Shown here: positions 9,375 to 18,260 of the stretch, piece after piece
Layout of the letters: every line of letters starts with the position of its first letter
How positions within the stretch are numbered: position 1 is the stretch's first letter
Assembly (NCBI GenBank): GCA_016176685.1
Contig: JACOWS010000004.1
Location: 2,018 to 66,017, forward strand
Length of the DNA stretch: 64,000 nt
Source of the DNA: Patescibacteria group bacterium
GTDB taxonomy: Bacteria > Patescibacteriota > Minisyncoccia > Phycocordibacterales > SBAW01
Direction of reading: 5' to 3'
Notes under the pieces: model-generated
The model's database searches: none
The model's input: only the letters and a program-made list of their open reading frames with translations
Told to the model about the DNA's origin: nothing
Position numbers and translations under genes: made by a program

Positions 9375-9764
9375 CTAGGACACCGCGCGGCGGGGGCGGG
9401 GAAGGAAAGCGATTCCCATAATGAGAATCCATATCCCGATCGCCGCGTCGATGACCATGTTCGTATCCTCGACTGGATGGAGCTTGACCGCGACGGCGCC
9501 GAGGTAGAGCGCACCGTAGAACAGTGCGTCGAACTCTCCGGGCGGAGATTTCCTCCGAAACAGACATAAGCAGAGGATGAGCAACAGGGCCGCTTGGGGA
9601 GCAACGAAAGTCCAGTCGCCGATGGCGACTGCTAAAAGTCTGCCGCCGAACAGCTCCAGCCAGACGTAGGCAACCATGACGAGACCGCCCACGATGAGGA
9701 AGCCGATGTGCGCCCATTCGTTCGGATTAGATTCTGCAGGGGAGGAACTGCTACGAGTTTTCAT
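9375..9764 (-). CDS. Hypothetical 4-TM membrane protein
   Basis: 129 aa with four hydrophobic segments; own CRP box upstream and terminator downstream. Confidence 0.65.
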   Translation of the reverse strand: MKTRSSSSPAESNPNEWAHIGFLIVGGLVMVAYVWLELFGGRLLAVAIGDWTFVAPQAALLLILCLCLFRRKSPPGEFDALFYGALYLGAVAVKLHPVEDTNMVIDAAIGIWILIMGIAFLPRPRRAVS

Positions 9765-9789
9765 GGAACTTCTCCTTTGAGTCTGCCGC

Positions 9790-9833
9790 AGTAAAGCATA
9801 CTTATGCGGGTGGTTTCAGTGACGTTCGTCACA
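9790..9833 (-). promoter_or_regulatory. CRP-type box with class-II-spaced extended -10
   Basis: Minus strand TGTGA-cgaacg-TCACT (9833-9818), 22 nt, then TTTACT preceded by TG-C. Confidence 0.7.
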
Positions 9834-9944
9834 CACCGAGGTATGTTCCGATGCCCCAGCATCAATGTCCTCGTCTGTGTGGTGGTACTTCTTCTGTGCC
9901 TTGCGGTACTCTAGACATTAAAAAGTGTGTTTTAATGATGGTAT

Positions 9945-10100
9945 ATGAAACGGCAGGAGCCCGCCGACAAGAAGAAGCTCCTGCGAGTAATGGACCATTT
10001 GACGCGCCCGCCCCGGTTAAAGAATGCGGTGCACAAACGCGGCGTTAAACCCGTGCGCAAGAAGAAACTGCTCCACAAAAAGGAGGAGCAAAAGAAATAG
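9945..10100 (+). CDS. Small basic protein (51 aa, below ORF-track cutoff)
   Basis: MKRQEPADKKKLLRVMDHLTRPPRLKNAVHKRGVKPVRKKKLLHKKEEQKK; fills an intergenic gap. Confidence 0.45.
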   Translation: MKRQEPADKKKLLRVMDHLTRPPRLKNAVHKRGVKPVRKKKLLHKKEEQKK

Positions 10101-10330
10101 CGCCATTATCGCAAAGGAAAGAACCGCTCATTTTGAGGAGTTTCCCCAAGTAGAGGATGCTGAAGTTATGCGCCTTATGGCAAAGTAGTAAGGGCCTGTT
10201 TTGACAAACACTGGACAAAAATTGGTATATAGTGTATTATGAATGTACGAATACTCCGTAGTGCTTAGCAGAGTGCAAGGCACCAGTGAGATAGAGAGGA
10301 TTCTGTAGGCGGCACTCTGCCGCATTTCTC

Positions 10331-11614
10331 GTGGATATACAAACACCAACGCAGACACCTGCATCCGGTTTCCAAGGGCTCGGTATTTCGCCGAGACTTT
10401 TAGACGTTCTTTCCTCCGGCGATTTTAAAACACCCACTCCCATACAGAAGATGGCGATACCGCCTGCGATAGAAGGGAAGGATGTGGTCGGCGTGGCGCA
10501 GACCGGCACGGGCAAAACGCTTGCCTTTGGCATTCCTCTTTTGCAGCGCTTGGCCGGGGCGGGCGGCCGCGGGCTTATACTCCTGCCCACGCGCGAGCTT
10601 GCCAACCAGGTTGAAGAGGCCCTGCATAAGATAGGAAAGACCTCCCACCTGCGCACCGCGCTTATCATCGGCGGTGCGTCCATGTACGAGCAGGTCCGCA
10701 AATTAAAAGCAAACCCGCAGGTAATTATCGCTACGCCTGGGCGACTCAACGACCACTTGGCGCAAAAAAATGTCTCGCTTGCCGGGGTCAATGTGCTTAT
10801 TCTCGACGAAGCCGACCGCATGCTCGACATGGGCTTTTTGCCGCAGATCCAGCGTATACTCGCGGCGGTGCCGAAAGAGAGGCAGACGATGCTCTTTTCC
10901 GCCACGCTTTCTCCGGAAATTATGAATATTGCCACCGCACACATGCGCTCCCCCATACGCATCGAAGTGGCGCCCTCCGGCACCACGGCCGAAAAGGTAA
11001 GCCAAGAATTTTTTATCGTCCGCAGGGATGAAAAAATGCGGCTGTTGGAAAAGGTGCTTGCCGACCGCCCCGGCTCCACTATTGTTTTTATGCGCACCAA
11101 GCACAGTGCCAGCCGGGTGCGGCGCACTGTCGAGGCTATGGGGTACAGCGCGGCGGAGCTCCACTCCAACCGCACGCAAGGCCAGCGCCGCGCGGCCCTG
11201 GATGGATTTAAGGCGGGCAAATATCGCGTGCTGGTTGCCACCGACATCGCCGCACGCGGCATCGATGTAAAAGGGGTCGAACTGGTTATAAACTACGACC
11301 TGCCCTCTGACGCGCAAGACTACGTGCACCGCATCGGCCGCACCGCGCGCGCGGGCGCATCGGGGCACGCCATTTCCTTTGCTATACCGGAGGAAAAGCG
11401 CGACATACGCGACATTGAGCGGCTTATTAAAAAAACAGTCCCCGTGTCGCGTACCCCCGAATTGCCGCCCGGCCGCGCCGTGGTACACGCGCCATCGCCA
11501 TCGCCATCACCGGCGGCGCGGCGATTTTCTCATACTCCACGGCAGGGAAGCCGGCCGCCATTCCGCGGCCAGCCACAAAAATCTTTCCGCGGCCGCCGCT
11601 TTAACGGCAGATAA
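10331..11614 (+). CDS. DEAD-box RNA helicase (RhlE-like)
   Basis: AQTGTGKT, PTRELA, DEAD, SAT, ARGID, HRIGRTAR. Confidence 0.95.
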   Translation: MDIQTPTQTPASGFQGLGISPRLLDVLSSGDFKTPTPIQKMAIPPAIEGKDVVGVAQTGTGKTLAFGIPLLQRLAGAGGRGLILLPTRELANQVEEALHKIGKTSHLRTALIIGGASMYEQVRKLKANPQVIIATPGRLNDHLAQKNVSLAGVNVLILDEADRMLDMGFLPQIQRILAAVPKERQTMLFSATLSPEIMNIATAHMRSPIRIEVAPSGTTAEKVSQEFFIVRRDEKMRLLEKVLADRPGSTIVFMRTKHSASRVRRTVEAMGYSAAELHSNRTQGQRRAALDGFKAGKYRVLVATDIAARGIDVKGVELVINYDLPSDAQDYVHRIGRTARAGASGHAISFAIPEEKRDIRDIERLIKKTVPVSRTPELPPGRAVVHAPSPSPSPAARRFSHTPRQGSRPPFRGQPQKSFRGRRFNGR

Positions 11615-12088
11615 GTTGAACACTCCCAAAAGGGCAAAGGTGTATACGAGGTCGCCTATCAGCATATTCCGCAAAAACGGCAACCCAAGCGTGTAGCTGT
11701 AAAACAGCCCCGAAAGACTTTTTTCATACCAGGGGGAAAAGAGCCATACGGAAGCATTGGTGATGAGGAAAAATAGTATAGATGCCGCCACGGCGAGCCC
11801 CGCAACCGAAAGAGCGCTGGAGTGCTTGCGCACGAAGCGGCTCATGATGCCGATAAGCAAAAAAGAGCCGTAGACGCTTGCAAGGACTTTCCAATCATAA
11901 AATCCTAAAACCGCATCTGACGCTATCATAGCGACCATGGGCACGGCAAAAGCCCACCATTTCCCTAGGTGTTTTTGCGCTGCGATAGTTATCGCAGTTA
12001 TGGGAGTCGTGTTGGGAGCGTGAGGCAAGAGGCGCCCGGCGATGCCCACGCCCACGAGCCCCGCTACAACAAGAAACTTTTTACCCAT
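11507..12088 (-). CDS. DUF6580 family / BtuM-like solitary ECF S-component (putative cobalamin uptake)
   Basis: RLLPHAPN.TPI, SD..LGFY, FFLITN..VW, GLPF.RN...GD; last gene of nrdJ operon. Confidence 0.75.
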   Translation of the reverse strand: MGKKFLVVAGLVGVGIAGRLLPHAPNTTPITAITIAAQKHLGKWWAFAVPMVAMIASDAVLGFYDWKVLASVYGSFLLIGIMSRFVRKHSSALSVAGLAVAASILFFLITNASVWLFSPWYEKSLSGLFYSYTLGLPFLRNMLIGDLVYTFALLGVFNLSAVKAAAAERFLWLAAEWRPASLPWSMRKSPRRR

Positions 12089-12089
12089 A

Positions 12090-12521
12090 CTATTCTTGAG
12101 AGGTGCCGAAAAACCATTCGACCACCTCGCCGTTTTTAACCGCATAAGCGCCGGCTCCGACCTGCGGCATCACCCCGTTTACTTGGTACTGCCAGTACTT
12201 GCCGCCCATGCCGTTGCGCAGATCACCCATACCGTCTATCAGTGTGCCGAGCCCTGCGTACTCTTTGACCACAAGTCGCATGGCCGGGTCTTGTGTATTG
12301 AGCCCTTGCAACACCTGCAGCAGTGTCTCTCCGGAAGCAAAGGAAACTTGTTTGTCTGTGTACAGCCCCTCTATGGAAAGCGTCACCGTATCGGTTAGGG
12401 ACGCATCAAGCTCTGCCGCTTGCCGCGGAGCCTGTGCCACCTCTGCGTAGAAAAATACCATGGCGACCACAACCGCCAGCACCACGGCTCCTATAATTTT
12501 CCACCTCTGTCTTGTCTGCAT
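12090..12521 (-). CDS. DUF4430 (transcobalamin C-terminal-like) membrane-anchored protein
   Basis: N-terminal TM; G..I..I....N...KYWQYQVNG..P.VGA..Y.VK.GE.VEW. Confidence 0.85.
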   Translation of the reverse strand: MQTRQRWKIIGAVVLAVVVAMVFFYAEVAQAPRQAAELDASLTDTVTLSIEGLYTDKQVSFASGETLLQVLQGLNTQDPAMRLVVKEYAGLGTLIDGMGDLRNGMGGKYWQYQVNGVMPQVGAGAYAVKNGEVVEWFFGTSQE

Positions 12522-12542
12522 ATAGTATTACTTCCTTACAGA

Positions 12543-13055
12543 CTACTCGTATCTTGGCGCTTGTTCAACTATACCCGCTTTTGCAGACTCGTGCCGCGCC
12601 AGCGCAAACAAAAGGCTCGAAAGTCGATTGAGGTATGCATAGGTGGATGGGGAGCAGGTGCGGATATGCCGCGCTTTTATAACCTCTCGCTCGGCTCGGC
12701 GCGACACCGCCCGCGCATAGTCAAACAAAGCGGACATCTTTGTGCTCCCGGAGACCACGAACGACCCTTGGTGGGGAACCAGAGCCTCCAGCGTGTCCGT
12801 CATATGCTCGAGTTGTGTGACCTGCTCTTCCGTGATCTTTTTTTTTGCTCCGGCAAGCTCCGCCTGGATGATAAAGAGGTGCTGTTGTACGGTGTTCACC
12901 TCCTCTTTTTTTGATAAGGCAAAACAGACGCCAAGGAGTGCGTTGAGCTCGTCCAGCGTCCCCAGCGCGTCATACACCGGGCTCTCTTTGGGAAACCGCT
13001 CTTTGGTGCCAAAGAGCCCCGAGGTGCCGCGGTCTCCTTTGCGGGTATAGAGCAT
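12543..13055 (-). CDS. ATP:cob(I)alamin adenosyltransferase (PduO type)
   Basis: YTRKGDRGTS, GTLDELNA, ARAVSRRAER, YLNRLSSLLF. Confidence 0.93.
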   Translation of the reverse strand: MLYTRKGDRGTSGLFGTKERFPKESPVYDALGTLDELNALLGVCFALSKKEEVNTVQQHLFIIQAELAGAKKKITEEQVTQLEHMTDTLEALVPHQGSFVVSGSTKMSALFDYARAVSRRAEREVIKARHIRTCSPSTYAYLNRLSSLLFALARHESAKAGIVEQAPRYE

Positions 13056-13059
13056 AGTT

Positions 13060-15399
13060 CTAGTATCTGGCGGGGGCCGACTCGGCCGGTATCTCCACCA
13101 TGTCTATATCGCACACGCCACCCACGCACGCGAGCTCCTTTTTTTGCTCGGTCTCGTCGGTGCGCTCATAGGTGACGAGCTTGGAGTAGTCTATGTTCGG
13201 GAAGTTTGCAACCATTTCCTCGTACCGTTTTTTGTCTATCGACTCGTAGGGAGCCAGTTGGTACACATGGTCGAAGCGCGGCAAGAATGAGAGCCCGCCG
13301 ACAATGTCCCAGTTTTTCTGTATCCAGTCTACTACCCCTATCCACTCGTCCTCGCCGACAGAAATGGTGGCGGATGGGTTGTGCTCTGTGTAGTTGAGTT
13401 TTACCACCTTCCAATACTCCAGTTGCTCCATGGCCGACAAGTCTTCTTTGAAGGCCGAGCCGTTCGGCGCCTCCACGGGAAATTCCAAGACATACGTGTT
13501 TGCGCTTTCTTTCGACTGGCCGACCTCGGGGTAGTGCGGCACGCCCTGGTCTTTCATCATTTTAAAGAGCGAGTCGGTTGCCGAGATGCGCACCCGGCGT
13601 ATGTAGTACTTTGAGTGGCGCGGATGGATGCCGGATGAGCAGTTGAAGGTTTGCGACACTGTTCCGGAGGGCTTCACTGCCGTGACCGCCATAGACTGGC
13701 TGACGCCAAAACGCTTTGCGTAGGTGGCGTTGGCTTTTACCGCCGCATCGCGCATCGCGCGCAAGGCCTCCGGTGTCCGTGCTACGTCGCTGTCCCACTG
13801 CCCGGTCACCGACACGCCCAGCAGGCGCTCCGCCTCGCAGTGCTTTGTCCACTCTTTTGATATGTATTTGAACTTTGTCAGCGTTGACTGGTAGGTGCCA
13901 AGGAGCGCGGCAAGCCGCGCTTTGCGCACGAGCGACTCTTGCGTATCTCCCGCACGGGCTATCACTTCGGAAAGATTGCAAAATTGTTTTGATTGCAGGA
14001 TGATTTCGCCGCAGGGGTTTGTTCCTATAGAGCCTCTCACGACGCCCTCGGCATCTAACATGCCTATTTTTTTAAAGTAGGAGACCCGCCGCTTTGGAAC
14101 CGTGTGCGCCAATGCCCCCCGGTTGAAGATACCGCGCTCGCCCGAGCCGCTCTTCATCAGTGCTACCCACTCCTCCATTAGCTCGGTATTGGTTGGTTTT
14201 GTCTCATACACCGCCGAGTTGTTTGCAACGGAACGGTGAGGCTCGGTAAGGAAAAATTGCCCTTTTTTTGCATCGCGCGACTCGGTATCGTCAAGGTCCG
14301 AAAGCGAGATCATCGCGGTGCGCCGCACGCCCCCAGCCACCACACATTCGCCGATTTTGCAGATGATGTCGTGTGCATCAATGCTCCGCAGGCGCCGCCC
14401 TTGGCGGCGCAGTATCTTTTCGCGCGCAAAGTCAAGAAGCGAGCGCAAGGGCTCCGGGCCCGATGCTTTGCCGCCCATGGTCTTGAGCCTCGCACCCGCC
14501 GGACGGACGAGCGAGTAGTCAAACTCGACATCGCCGCCCGCGTACCACGTTTTAAGCCCCAGCGTGAGCGCGTCGCACCAACCCTCTTTAGAATCCGCAA
14601 CAGCATACGTCGGCAGCTTCTTTTTTGCTTTTTTCTGTTTTTGTATTTGCGGAAGTTTTTCTATATTTTGACTTTCAACCGAGAATCCGACTCCGCACCC
14701 CTGCATCGAGAGGTACATTATCTCTGCGAAGTCTGCCAATTTTGTGGGGGCGGTAAACGTACAGTTATATGCACAGGTATTGCATCGGCGTGCCGGCTCG
14801 CCGGCAAACTGCATCAGACGCATGGAGGGCATCACTTCTTGCCGTAAAATTGCTTCGCGCAGTTCGGCATACTCGTGCTCCGTAAGTTTGTCGCCGATGT
14901 TCTCCCTCATAAACGACATATATCGGTCGACCGTTTCTACCCAGGTTTCGCGCCGCCCCTCTGTTTCAATCCATCGGGCATAGGTGCGCAGAAACACAAA
15001 TTCGCCAAGCGGATTGTTTTTAAAGTATTGCTTGCTCTCGGCGGCCAGTGCGCGCACGTTTGCCGGCACGTCGCCCTGCTTTTTGCGCATACGCATGCGC
15101 TCGGCACGGTACAAAATATACGCTTTTGCGGTAGCGGGGAACTCTTGCAGCATCAGCTCCTTTTCAACCTCGTCTTGCACGCCCTCAACCGTGGCAGTGT
15201 ATATTTTATCGGCCGCCTTTTTTGCCGCTATTGTTTTTATAACCGCATCTGCAACTTTGTCGGGCGCCTTGTCGACAAACTCCCCGGCGGCCTTCATGGC
15301 CTTTTCCACCGCGGCGGCAATTTTGTGCTCGTCAAACTGCACCACCGTCCCGTCTCGTTTGGTAATAGTGGTAAGCGCGGGGAACTTCTTTTTAGGCAT
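13060..15399 (-). CDS. nrdJ: Adenosylcobalamin-dependent (class II) ribonucleotide reductase with N-terminal ATP cone
   Basis: KRDG..V.FD ATP cone, RTYAR, RRETW, GGVRR, TNPCGEI, VKPSGT, C-terminal ACVGGVC. Confidence 0.92.
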   Translation of the reverse strand: MPKKKFPALTTITKRDGTVVQFDEHKIAAAVEKAMKAAGEFVDKAPDKVADAVIKTIAAKKAADKIYTATVEGVQDEVEKELMLQEFPATAKAYILYRAERMRMRKKQGDVPANVRALAAESKQYFKNNPLGEFVFLRTYARWIETEGRRETWVETVDRYMSFMRENIGDKLTEHEYAELREAILRQEVMPSMRLMQFAGEPARRCNTCAYNCTFTAPTKLADFAEIMYLSMQGCGVGFSVESQNIEKLPQIQKQKKAKKKLPTYAVADSKEGWCDALTLGLKTWYAGGDVEFDYSLVRPAGARLKTMGGKASGPEPLRSLLDFAREKILRRQGRRLRSIDAHDIICKIGECVVAGGVRRTAMISLSDLDDTESRDAKKGQFFLTEPHRSVANNSAVYETKPTNTELMEEWVALMKSGSGERGIFNRGALAHTVPKRRVSYFKKIGMLDAEGVVRGSIGTNPCGEIILQSKQFCNLSEVIARAGDTQESLVRKARLAALLGTYQSTLTKFKYISKEWTKHCEAERLLGVSVTGQWDSDVARTPEALRAMRDAAVKANATYAKRFGVSQSMAVTAVKPSGTVSQTFNCSSGIHPRHSKYYIRRVRISATDSLFKMMKDQGVPHYPEVGQSKESANTYVLEFPVEAPNGSAFKEDLSAMEQLEYWKVVKLNYTEHNPSATISVGEDEWIGVVDWIQKNWDIVGGLSFLPRFDHVYQLAPYESIDKKRYEEMVANFPNIDYSKLVTYERTDETEQKKELACVGGVCDIDMVEIPAESAPARY

Positions 15400-15574
15400 G
15401 GGTAAGAGATATTATATTGGTAAGCATCTATCTATAGTACCTAGTTATACTTGTCTATGAATAAGAAAAAGTTGTGGATAAGGAACGCCAAAACAAAACC
15501 AGCTCAAGGTAAAGAGTAAAAACCTATAAACACCCCATTTGGCCAGCAAAAAATATAGCCCTATACTATACGGT

Positions 15575-16045
15575 ATGCACACGTTAATCGGACTCCATGC
15601 GGTGTTGGGCGAAGTCGGCGCACTGGCATTTCTATGGGTTTTTGTAGAGCTGTTAAACCCCAACGAGTCGCGGTTGCGAAGGGCCCAGATTATGGCCCTG
15701 CTCGGCGCCCTTTTTTTTGTCGGCGCCTGGTTTTTTGGCGGTTTTTATTACGTCACTGAATATGGCGCCGCAGTTAAACCAATTATCAAAAGCGGCCCGA
15801 TACCGTGGGCGCACTCGATAATTACAGAGACAAAAGAGCACGTCTTTCTCTTTCTCCCGTTTCTTGCCGTACTCACCTGGGGCCTGCTAAAGAGGTATAA
15901 GGATGAGTTTATACAAAAGAGAAATTTTAGGATAGCCGTTCTACTTATCTCCGGACTCGTCGTGCTTTTGGCATTTGCCATGGCGGGTATGGGGTTCCTT
16001 ATATCAAGCGGCTTTAGAGCGGCCTTAGAATCAAAAATCATATGA
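15575..16045 (+). CDS. Conserved His-containing membrane protein
   Basis: 4 TM, GG.YY...YG..VKP.I..GP.PWAH...ETKEH.FLFLP. Confidence 0.7.
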   Translation: MHTLIGLHAVLGEVGALAFLWVFVELLNPNESRLRRAQIMALLGALFFVGAWFFGGFYYVTEYGAAVKPIIKSGPIPWAHSIITETKEHVFLFLPFLAVLTWGLLKRYKDEFIQKRNFRIAVLLISGLVVLLAFAMAGMGFLISSGFRAALESKII

Positions 16046-16344
16046 AACTGAACAGCAAAGCACTCATTACCTCAACCATCGGTGTCATATGGCTCATAGT
16101 TGGCATGACACTTCTGGGCGAAGTGTCAGGACCGTTCAAATCGTTTTTGGTACAACTCGCCGGCCACCATTGGGTAGGAAAGAGCGGCATAGCCGTGGTT
16201 GTTTTTATCGCGCTGTATCTGGCTTTAGGTAAATCGAAAGAGTCGGAAGACATATTGCGCGGTGCACTGCTTGTCGCCTTGAGCATCATACTGGGCGGGT
16301 TAATCATATTTGTTTTCTTTCTCCAACACTTTTTGAGAGGATAG
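16042..16344 (+). CDS. Small membrane protein with GHHW motif
   Basis: 3 TM, ATGA overlap with previous gene. Confidence 0.7.
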   Translation: MKLNSKALITSTIGVIWLIVGMTLLGEVSGPFKSFLVQLAGHHWVGKSGIAVVVFIALYLALGKSKESEDILRGALLVALSIILGGLIIFVFFLQHFLRG

Positions 16345-16407
16345 CTCGGAAGAAGATAGGGGGTGCGGATTGCTGTTCCGAGTTGCTCTGCTATAATGCC
16401 CAGTACT

Positions 16408-17142
16408 ATGAACGAAACAATACCAAAGGCTACTAGTTTGACGGCGCCGGTTGCAATTGTTATCGCCGGGATATTGATCGCCGGTGCGGTGCTATACAGC
16501 AATAAAAGTCAATTTCTTTCTGCTGGTGCGGAAGAAAATGGGAAGGGCGTCGCGCAGACGGCTGGTTCAATCAGTTCTGTCCGACCGGTGAGTGACAGTG
16601 ACCACATCCGCGGCAACCCGAATGCGTTGGTCAAAATTGTGGAATACTCCGACTTTGAATGCCCTTTTTGTAAGCGATTTCACGATACTATGAACCAAAT
16701 AATGGATGAGTATGGAGAGAGCGGACAGGTTGCGTGGGTGTATCGGCACTTCCCGCTTGACCAACTGCATCCAAAAAATGCTCGTATCGAGGCGATTGCC
16801 TCCGAATGTGTCAACGAACTTGGAGGAAACGACGCGTTTTGGAAATTTGCAGACCGATTTTTTGAACGTACGCCTTCAAACGATCAAACCGATGTTACAA
16901 CGGTCTTACCGCAAATAGTTCGAGAACTTGGCATTAATGAACAAAGATTCAACACTTGTATGGATAGCGGTACGTATGACCAGCATATAGAATCTGATAT
17001 CGTAAACGCTGTCGAAACCGGCGGACAGGGCACGCCGTGGAGTATCGTTATCGCTGAAAACGGCAGGGCATTCCCGTTGTCGGGTGCTCAACCATACGCA
17101 TCGGTAAAGCAACTTATTGAGATAGCTCTTAAGGAGAAATAA
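16408..17142 (+). CDS. DsbA/thioredoxin-4 family oxidoreductase
   Basis: TM anchor, EYSDFECPFC, YRHFPL, GTP. Confidence 0.92.
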   Translation: MNETIPKATSLTAPVAIVIAGILIAGAVLYSNKSQFLSAGAEENGKGVAQTAGSISSVRPVSDSDHIRGNPNALVKIVEYSDFECPFCKRFHDTMNQIMDEYGESGQVAWVYRHFPLDQLHPKNARIEAIASECVNELGGNDAFWKFADRFFERTPSNDQTDVTTVLPQIVRELGINEQRFNTCMDSGTYDQHIESDIVNAVETGGQGTPWSIVIAENGRAFPLSGAQPYASVKQLIEIALKEK

Positions 17143-17158
17143 TTCTTTAAAACATTTT

Positions 17159-17689
17159 ATGATGCGAAAAGTAAAAAATTACGGCATAGTTCTGCTAGTT
17201 ATCGGCGGTATCAGCTATGGGGTATATTTATTCGCGCAAAGCGTCGCGCCAAAAGGAGAAGATATGAGTCAATCCATTCCGCTCTTGGAGGCCACTCATA
17301 TTGCAACAGACAGTCCTCTTGGGGAATATAATTCGAATCCGCCGACATCGGGACCGCACTACGGGCAAACGGCGCGGTCTGGTTTTCGCAGCGAGCCCGT
17401 TTCCGACCAAAACATCATCCATAACCTCGAGCATGGCGATGTTTGGATCGCCTACCATCCGCGTATTTCAGAAGCGATGAAGGAAGGCCTCAAACAATTT
17501 GCGGCCGCAAAAGTAATTATCACGCCGCGCGAAGAAAACGAAACTGACATTGCGCTTGTTGCGTGGGGCCGGTTGGACACCTTTACTATAGAGGGCGGTG
17601 TTCTTCCGGAACAGCGCATACAAGACTTCATCACGCGCTACAGTAATAAAGGGCCGGAGCGTGTTCCCGGCGCAAGTGGTGGTATATAG
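17159..17689 (+). CDS. DUF3105 domain protein
   Basis: YNSNPPTSGPH, HNLEHG, AWG, GPE. Confidence 0.88.
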   Translation: MMRKVKNYGIVLLVIGGISYGVYLFAQSVAPKGEDMSQSIPLLEATHIATDSPLGEYNSNPPTSGPHYGQTARSGFRSEPVSDQNIIHNLEHGDVWIAYHPRISEAMKEGLKQFAAAKVIITPREENETDIALVAWGRLDTFTIEGGVLPEQRIQDFITRYSNKGPERVPGASGGI

Positions 17690-17704
17690 GCATGGTTTTT
17701 TGGT

Positions 17705-18259
17705 ATGTTCTATACAGTCTTTAGGAAAGTCTTCTCTCGTATTTACTACCTAGCCCTTGCCGCTGTTCTTGCGGGGCTTGTTTTTGCGTTTGCGACCTGG
17801 TTGCCAAACCTAAAACTGATTAACGAAATCGCTTTTAACTCGCCTGCTTCAATTACAGAGAAAATAATCCTACTCTACAGTTTGCTTGGGTCGATACAGA
17901 CAAATTTTTCAACAGTTTCTGCGGGCTACACGATAGCAATTGCCGTTTTGTTTGGCATCAACACCGCACTGCTTGCGTACTACCTACGCACCGGGCGCGC
18001 GGCATTGTCCGGCTCGGGAGCGACTCTAAGCGCGGGGGGCAGTGTCGGAGGGTTGGTCAGCGGTGTGTTTGGAATCGGCTGTGCCGCGTGCGGTACGTTT
18101 TTATTTACCTCAACCCTGGCCTTGTTTGGGGCGGGGGGCCTGCTTGCCCTGTTGCCGTTTGGCGGTGAAGAGTTCGGGTTTCTTGGCGTTGGCTTGTTAG
18201 CGTATTCTACTTATGTAACAGCAAAAAAAATCACAGAACCTTTGGTGTGCGAACCGTAG
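17705..18259 (+). CDS. Membrane protein with CxxC (GCAACG) motif
   Basis: Multiple TM, GIGCAACG, LPFGG. Confidence 0.75.
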   Translation: MFYTVFRKVFSRIYYLALAAVLAGLVFAFATWLPNLKLINEIAFNSPASITEKIILLYSLLGSIQTNFSTVSAGYTIAIAVLFGINTALLAYYLRTGRAALSGSGATLSAGGSVGGLVSGVFGIGCAACGTFLFTSTLALFGAGGLLALLPFGGEEFGFLGVGLLAYSTYVTAKKITEPLVCEP

Positions 18260-18260
18260 T

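Noticed and set aside
13060-15399. Intein or intron in nrdJ
   Set aside because: Length and motif spacing are normal; no intein splice motifs or frame break.
15425-15440. Possible NrdR box upstream of nrdJ
   Set aside because: One degenerate match in AT-rich DNA, with no convincing tandem second box.
15400-15574. Cobalamin riboswitch or replication origin upstream of nrdJ
   Set aside because: No B12-box motifs visible; only one DnaA box and no dnaA or box cluster.
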